Made by a program: the position numbers and the translations under genes
In this document: positions 7,374 to 11,724 of the stretch, one piece after another
How the letters are laid out: each line of letters opens with the position of its first letter
Numbering within the stretch: position 1 is the first letter of the stretch
Source of the DNA: Armatimonadota bacterium
GTDB taxonomy: Bacteria; Sysuimicrobiota; Sysuimicrobiia; Sysuimicrobiales; Humicultoraceae
Assembly (NCBI GenBank): GCA_052386995.1
Contig: JBQTJP010000245.1
Location: 1-11,724 of the forward strand
Length of the DNA: 11,724 nucleotides
Reading direction: 5' to 3'
The notes under the pieces: generated by a model
The model's input: only the letters and a program-made list of their open reading frames with translations
Databases searched by the model: none
Told to the model about the DNA's origin: nothing

Positions 7374-8330
7374 ATGAGTGAGTCGCGCAAAATCGGCCTC
7401 ATGGTGGGGCGGGAGGAATCGTTTCCCGCCGCGTTCATCGAACATGTCAACCGGCGCGGCGTCGACGGAGTGACGGCCGAGCTCGCCCTCGTCGGCGGCT
7501 CACGGCTGGACGATCCGCGGCAGTACGCCGTGCTCATTGACCGGATCTCCCATGAGGTCCCGTACTACCGCGGCTTCCTGAAGTACGCGGCGCTGGCGGG
7601 CACGGCCGTCATCAACAACCCCTTCTGGTGGTCGGCCGATGAGAAGTTCTTCGGGACTGCCGTGGTGGCCCGCTTGGGCGTCGCGGTCCCTCGGACGGTG
7701 CTGCTCCCTAACAAAGCGTACATCGAGGACATCACGGCGGGATCGCTGCGCAACCTCATGCATCCGCTCCCGTGGGAAGACATCATCGAATATGTGGGCT
7801 TCCCCGCGATCCTCAAGCCGAACACCGGCGGCGGCTTCAAGCACGTGTACAAAGTCAACACGATGGAAGAGCTGTGGCGCTGCTACGACCAGACCGGGTT
7901 GCAGACGATGATCCTGCAGGAATTCATCGAGTTCGACCATTACGTGCGCTGTATCTGTATCGGCCGGCGGGAGGTCATGCCGATCCGCTGGGATCCCCGG
8001 CTCTATTGGACCGAGCGCTACATCGTGGACCATCAGCACCTGACCCCGGAACTCGGCGCGCGCGTGGTCCACGATGCACGGCTCATCTGTGAGGTGCTGG
8101 GGTACGATATGAACACCGTCGAGTTCGCGATCCGAGACAACGTCCCGTATGCGATCGACTTCCTCAATCCCGCGCCGGACTTCGAGCGTGTCCGCATCCG
8201 CGACATCTACTTTGGGTGGGTCATCGAAAAGCTGGCCGACTTAGCGATCGACTACGCGCTGGGCGCAGAGCGGCCCCCGGGCCGCCTGCGGTGGGACCGC
8301 TTCCTGCGCGACGTGGCGACCGAAGCCTAG
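7374..8330 (+). CDS. ATP-grasp ligase (RimK/glutathione synthetase-like fold), substrate unknown
   Basis: 318 aa. SD AAGGAG at 7361-7366. ATP-grasp features: VINNP...DEKF, GVAVPRTVLL, GFPAILKPNTGGGFKHVYKV, MILQEFI, and metal-site region YAIDFLNPAPD. Confidence 0.88.
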   Translation: MSESRKIGLMVGREESFPAAFIEHVNRRGVDGVTAELALVGGSRLDDPRQYAVLIDRISHEVPYYRGFLKYAALAGTAVINNPFWWSADEKFFGTAVVARLGVAVPRTVLLPNKAYIEDITAGSLRNLMHPLPWEDIIEYVGFPAILKPNTGGGFKHVYKVNTMEELWRCYDQTGLQTMILQEFIEFDHYVRCICIGRREVMPIRWDPRLYWTERYIVDHQHLTPELGARVVHDARLICEVLGYDMNTVEFAIRDNVPYAIDFLNPAPDFERVRIRDIYFGWVIEKLADLAIDYALGAERPPGRLRWDRFLRDVATEA

Positions 8331-8356
8331 CGGCCGGGCCACTAACGCCAGGCCGC
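8330..8356. terminator. Possible hairpin between convergent genes (no U-tract)
   Basis: GCGGCC-G-GGC (8330-8339), 7-nt loop, GCC-A-GGCCGC (8347-8356): 9 bp with one mismatch, located at the convergence point. No poly-T on either side, and such stems arise easily in GC-rich DNA. Confidence 0.25.
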
Positions 8357-8381
8357 CACAGATCCCCGTCCCTGAGTTCGA

Positions 8382-8972
8382 CTACTGGTGCCGCGCCGCG
8401 TACTGCATCGCGGCCTGAATCCCGTCACGTCCCAACAAACGCGCGAAGGGGCCATCGGGGTGCCCAAACGTCCAGACGTGCATCGTTTCTCCCCGGCCTT
8501 CGGGATTGTGGAAGTGCCACTCGGTGATGGGCCCGCCTGGGCGAGGACCCTGCCCGCGCGGCGCCACGAAGAACGCACCGAGCAGTACCGTACGGCCGTC
8601 CTGGGTTCTGAAGTACACCAGGCCCTCGGGTCGCGCAGGATCCAGGATTCTGTCGTCCCGCCGGTTCGCGCGGTGCCTCAAATGCGCAGGCCCCCAGTCC
8701 CCGAACCGAAACGGCGCCGACTGCTCATACCCCGCAGCTTCTGCAAGCCGAATGTCCGCAAATCGGGCGATGCCGGCCTTGACGTCTTCGAACAGTCTAG
8801 CCGCGGCCGCCCGCTGCTCCGGCGTGGCCTGGGCGTGTGCGTCGGTCGCGGAATCATGACCGTGCCCCGGCTTTGGTGCGGCCGTCGCCGGGGTCATCAC
8901 TGCCACGCCTTCGAAGAGCAGGACCATGATCGCCGCAGCGATCGCGAACTTCAGCCAGCGCGATGCCCTCAT
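8382..8972 (-). CDS. Hypothetical exported protein with conserved His motifs (paralog B, short loop)
   Basis: 196 aa. Strong SD AAAGGAGG (8981-8988 on the minus strand). Basic plus hydrophobic N-terminus (MRASRWLKFAIAAAIMVLL...ATAA). Clearly similar to 8992-9657. Confidence 0.85.
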   Translation of the reverse strand: MRASRWLKFAIAAAIMVLLFEGVAVMTPATAAPKPGHGHDSATDAHAQATPEQRAAAARLFEDVKAGIARFADIRLAEAAGYEQSAPFRFGDWGPAHLRHRANRRDDRILDPARPEGLVYFRTQDGRTVLLGAFFVAPRGQGPRPGGPITEWHFHNPEGRGETMHVWTFGHPDGPFARLLGRDGIQAAMQYAARHQ

Positions 8973-8991
8973 CGTCGCAACCTCCTTTGCT

Positions 8992-9657
8992 TTACCGATG
9001 GCGCGCGTACTGAACGGCTTCCCGGATGGCCGCCGCCGTCAAATCGTGGGCGAACGGCCCGTCGGGATGGTCGAAGAACCAGACGTGCATCATCTCGACA
9101 GCCTCACCGACGAAAAACGACCCGGGCGGACACTGACCGGGGCCCGTCGCCAGCGCGACCGAGCCCGTGCCCGTGAGACACAGGTTGTCGTGCACGTGCC
9201 ACTCGGTCAGCGGCCCGGCGGGGCGTGGACCCTGTCCCTTCGGAGCCACAAACATGGCGCCGAGCAGGACGATCCGGGCATCCTCCAGCCTGATGTAGAC
9301 GAGGGCTTCAGGCCGCGCGGGATCGAGATGGCGGCCGTCGCGGTTGTACGCGAAGTTGTTGAAATGGGCCGGTCCCCATTGCCCTCTGAACCGGAAAGGC
9401 GTTGTCTGACGATATCCGTCCGCCACAGCGACCTGCACATCGGCAAACCTGACCGTGCCTTTCTTGACATCGTCCAGCAGCTTGGCCGCCGCGGTCCTCT
9501 GCTCGGCGGTGGCAGTCCCGCTCATGCTCCCGTGTCCGGGACTGGCGCGACCATCTCCCCCGGTGGCTACAATCGCCGCAAACGACAGCCCCGCCACAAG
9601 GATGATGGTTGCGGCCGCCGCGGCCTGCCGGGTCACGTCGATATCGTTAGCACCCAT
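8992..9657 (-). CDS. Hypothetical exported or membrane-anchored protein with conserved His motifs and a Cys pair (paralog A, long loop)
   Basis: 221 aa. Purine-rich SD GAGGAGAGGGGG upstream. Hydrophobic N-terminal segment AAAAATIILVAGLSFAAIVA. Motifs GPAH, LDPARPEALVY, EWHVH, MHVW and HPDGPFA are shared with 8382-8972. Confidence 0.85.
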   Translation of the reverse strand: MGANDIDVTRQAAAAATIILVAGLSFAAIVATGGDGRASPGHGSMSGTATAEQRTAAAKLLDDVKKGTVRFADVQVAVADGYRQTTPFRFRGQWGPAHFNNFAYNRDGRHLDPARPEALVYIRLEDARIVLLGAMFVAPKGQGPRPAGPLTEWHVHDNLCLTGTGSVALATGPGQCPPGSFFVGEAVEMMHVWFFDHPDGPFAHDLTAAAIREAVQYARHR

Positions 9658-9681
9658 AAGATGCCCCCTCTCCTCTTCAGG

Positions 9682-9708
9682 GACGCCCGGCGGGAACCGT
9701 AGGTTTAC
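9682..9708 (-). promoter_or_regulatory. Candidate ECF sigma factor promoter (GTAAAC-N17-CGTC)
   Basis: The minus strand reads GTAAAC ctacggttcccgccggg CGTC in the 52-nt gap between aroA and paralog A, just upstream of the SD. This matches the general ECF AAC...CGT pattern, but the motif is short and a chance match is possible. Confidence 0.35.
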
Positions 9709-9709
9709 T

Positions 9710-11002
9710 CTATCGAGGTGTTCGTCTGAGGCCTTCCAGCTGCTCGAAGAAATCCGGGAATGTCTTTTCTACGCAGCCGGGATCCGCGATCGCGATGCCC
9801 GCTGCCCGCAGCCCGGTGATGGCAAACGCCATCGCGATGCGGTGATCGCCGTACGTCTGGATGACCGCCGGGCGCACCGGCCGCGGGGAGATCACCAGGC
9901 CGTCAGGACGCTCCTCAACATCCTGCCCCAGGCGCCGCAGTTCCGCGGCGGTCGCCGCCAGCCTGTCGGACTCCTGATGACGGATATGGGCCACACCCCG
10001 AATGCGCGTGGCCCCGTCGGCGAACGGCGCGATCGCGGCCAGGGTCATCGTCTGATCGCTCATCCCGCTGAGGTCAACATCGACGGGCCGCAGCGGCTCG
10101 GTGCCCCGCACGCTGAGGCGATCGTCGGCGCGCTCGACCGTACACCCCATGGTCCGCAGCAGATCCACAAACCTCGCGTCACCCTGCAGCGAACGGTCCG
10201 TCAATCCCAGGACACTCACGCGTCCGCCGGTGGCCGCGGCGGCCGCAAAGAAATACGCGGCGCTGCTCGCATCCGGCTCGACGGCATAGTCGCGCGCGCG
10301 GTAGCGCTGTCCTGCCCGGACGAGAAATCGCCGCAGGCCTTCGCGCTCGACGGAGGCCCCGAATGCCTTCATGAGGGCAAGGGTCATCTCGACGTATGGG
10401 GCGCCGACCAATCGGCCGTCTACGACGAGATCGACGTCCTCGGCGGCATACGGCGATGCCATCAACAGCGCCGAGAGGAACTGGCTGCTCACCTCACCGC
10501 GAACCACGGCGCGGCCGCCGCGCAGGCCGGCAGCGTCGACGACAACCGGAGGGGCTCCGGCGGTTGCCGTCGCGGAAGACCCGAGTGCCGCCAGCGCATC
10601 GAGCAGATCCTGGATCGGCCGCTCGCGCATGCGCGCATCTCCGTCGATGCGGTAGCGCCCGCGCCCCAGCGCGACCATCGCCGTCAAAAAGCGCGCGACC
10701 GTCCCGGCCCCACCCGCAAAGAGCTCGGCGCCCGCCGCGGGAATCGTCCCGCCGCGGCCGTGCACTACCATTGCCCGCGCAGCCGGGTCTACCTCGACGT
10801 CGAAGCCGAGCCGGCGCAGCGCTTCGACCATGAAGACCGTATCATCGCTGAACAACGCGTTCGTGATGCGGGAGCGCCCCGCCGCCAGCGCGGCGAGGAT
10901 CAGGGCTCGATTGGTCAGGCTCTTTGAACCGGGAACCGCGACGTCGGCGTCCGGGGCCGCCGTTAGCGGAACGATCGCGCGCACGGCGCCCCGGTGTTCC
11001 AT
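9710..11002 (-). CDS. aroA: 3-phosphoshikimate 1-carboxyvinyltransferase (EPSP synthase)
   Basis: Motifs VPGSKSLTNRALILAALA, GAGTVARF, RMRERPI, SSQFLSAL, EPDASSAAYF, ESDRL, YGDHRIAMAF and CVEKTFPDFF. Start placed at ATG 11002; the first 75 residues of the listed ORF mostly overlap aroH and do not resemble AroA. Confidence 0.96.
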   Translation of the reverse strand: MEHRGAVRAIVPLTAAPDADVAVPGSKSLTNRALILAALAAGRSRITNALFSDDTVFMVEALRRLGFDVEVDPAARAMVVHGRGGTIPAAGAELFAGGAGTVARFLTAMVALGRGRYRIDGDARMRERPIQDLLDALAALGSSATATAGAPPVVVDAAGLRGGRAVVRGEVSSQFLSALLMASPYAAEDVDLVVDGRLVGAPYVEMTLALMKAFGASVEREGLRRFLVRAGQRYRARDYAVEPDASSAAYFFAAAAATGGRVSVLGLTDRSLQGDARFVDLLRTMGCTVERADDRLSVRGTEPLRPVDVDLSGMSDQTMTLAAIAPFADGATRIRGVAHIRHQESDRLAATAAELRRLGQDVEERPDGLVISPRPVRPAVIQTYGDHRIAMAFAITGLRAAGIAIADPGCVEKTFPDFFEQLEGLRRTPR

Positions 11003-11030
11003 GGCGCCGTCCCGCGGCCCCGCGCCGAAC

Positions 11031-11429
11031 TCACGTGGCGCCACCGGAAGCCGCGATATACCTGCGGGGCTCGCTGCGATCGGGACGCAGGCCCTGCGCC
11101 TCGTCGAGATAGACATGCACGACTTCTTCTTGCGTGCGTGAAGTATTCCACAATAACAGGATACGAATGCAGCGAGCGAGCGCTCCGGGCACATCGATTT
11201 CCACACTCGACAGCAGGGCGACCGCATCCCAGCCCATCTGCCGTGCGGCCTCCGCCGGAAACGCCGCGTTCAGATCGGGTGTCGCCGTGAAGTAGATGGC
11301 CGCGACTTCGTCGGGCTCGAGCTGGTTCGCGCGGACCAACTCCGTGAGCAACCCGCGCGTCGCATCGACGATTGCGCGCTCGGTGTTCGCCTCAGCCGTC
11401 GCGGCGCCGCGGATGCCCCGGATGTGCAT
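11031..11429 (-). CDS. aroH: Chorismate mutase, AroH class (Bacillus-type)
   Basis: MHIRGIRGAAT, FTATPDLNAAFPAEAARQMGW, EIDVPGALARCIRILL and HVYLDEAQGLRPD match the AroH family, including the catalytic Arg/Glu/Tyr positions. Start at ATG 11429, 5 nt after the aroQ stop. Confidence 0.95.
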   Translation of the reverse strand: MHIRGIRGAATAEANTERAIVDATRGLLTELVRANQLEPDEVAAIYFTATPDLNAAFPAEAARQMGWDAVALLSSVEIDVPGALARCIRILLLWNTSRTQEEVVHVYLDEAQGLRPDRSEPRRYIAASGGAT

Positions 11430-11434
11430 CGGCG

Positions 11435-11724
11435 CTACGCGGGGGCCGCGGGGCGCCCCGACCGCTCGCCCACCAGAGCTTGCGCCGCGCGCACCCCGAG
11501 CAGCATGCTGTCGGGGCCAAACCCACTGATGGCACCGGCGCAGACCGCGGTGAGCAGCGAGCGCTGACGGAATGGCTCCCGGGCCACTGTGTTCGACAGA
11601 TGGCACTCGATCACCGGAATGCCAATCGCGGCAACGGCATCGCGCAGCGCCACGCTCGTGTGACCCAGGCCTCCGGGGTTGAGGACCACGGCCTGGCAGG
11701 ACGTCCGCGCCTGGTGCAGGCGAT
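11435..11724 (-). CDS. aroQ: Type II 3-dehydroquinate dehydratase (5' end outside the window)
   Basis: The frame is open to the window edge (RLHQARTSCQAVVLNPGGLGHTSVALRDA). It continues with ECHLSNTVAREPFR and ISGFG, which are type II DHQase signatures. Adjacent to aroH and aroA. Confidence 0.95.
   Translation of the reverse strand, partial: RLHQARTSCQAVVLNPGGLGHTSVALRDAVAAIGIPVIECHLSNTVAREPFRQRSLLTAVCAGAISGFGPDSMLLGVRAAQALVGERSGRPAAPA

Noticed and set aside
7287..8330. Graspetide (microviridin-type) RiPP cluster
   Set aside because: The mini-ORF has no Lys and no TxKxPSD-like core or leader motif. The ligase lacks evident MvdC/MvdD context such as an ABC exporter or repeated cores.
8388..10927. 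Plus-strand ORFs of 262, 258 and 490 aa (8388-9176, 8926-9702, 9455-10927)
   Set aside because: They are antisense to aroA and the paralog pair, which have motif, SD and paralogy support. They are Arg/Gly/Pro-rich with no domain signal.
11003..11227. Apparent 75-residue Cys-rich N-terminal extension of AroA
   Set aside because: It is mostly an alternative frame of the aroH coding sequence. AroA similarity starts only after Met at 11002.
1..11724. CRISPR arrays, tRNA/rRNA, IS elements, tandem repeats
   Set aside because: None seen. Intergenic gaps are all under about 120 nt, and the only repeated DNA noticed is between paralogous coding sequences.

Overview
GC-rich bacterial DNA containing two convergent gene blocks. 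Plus strand (118-8330): eight closely spaced genes, probably one operon. They encode an M14 (AstE/AspA, DoeB/EutE-like) deacylase, a creatininase-family amidohydrolase, two different mandelate-racemase-subgroup enolases (one DgoD-like), a CpdA/Icc-like metallophosphoesterase, a GSA-aminomutase-like class III aminotransferase, an alpha/beta-hydrolase esterase and an ATP-grasp ligase. Minus strand (8382-11724): the 3' part of aroQ, then aroH and aroA, followed by two tandem paralogous His-motif exported proteins of unknown function. I do not recognise the plus-strand combination as a described pathway. It is the best candidate for a new system, inferred to be catabolism or modification of an N-acylated or cyclic, hydroxylated amino compound. 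The exported paralog pair, with a possible ECF-sigma promoter, is the second candidate. No RNA genes, CRISPR arrays or mobile elements were seen. All family assignments come from motif recognition by eye; no searches were run.
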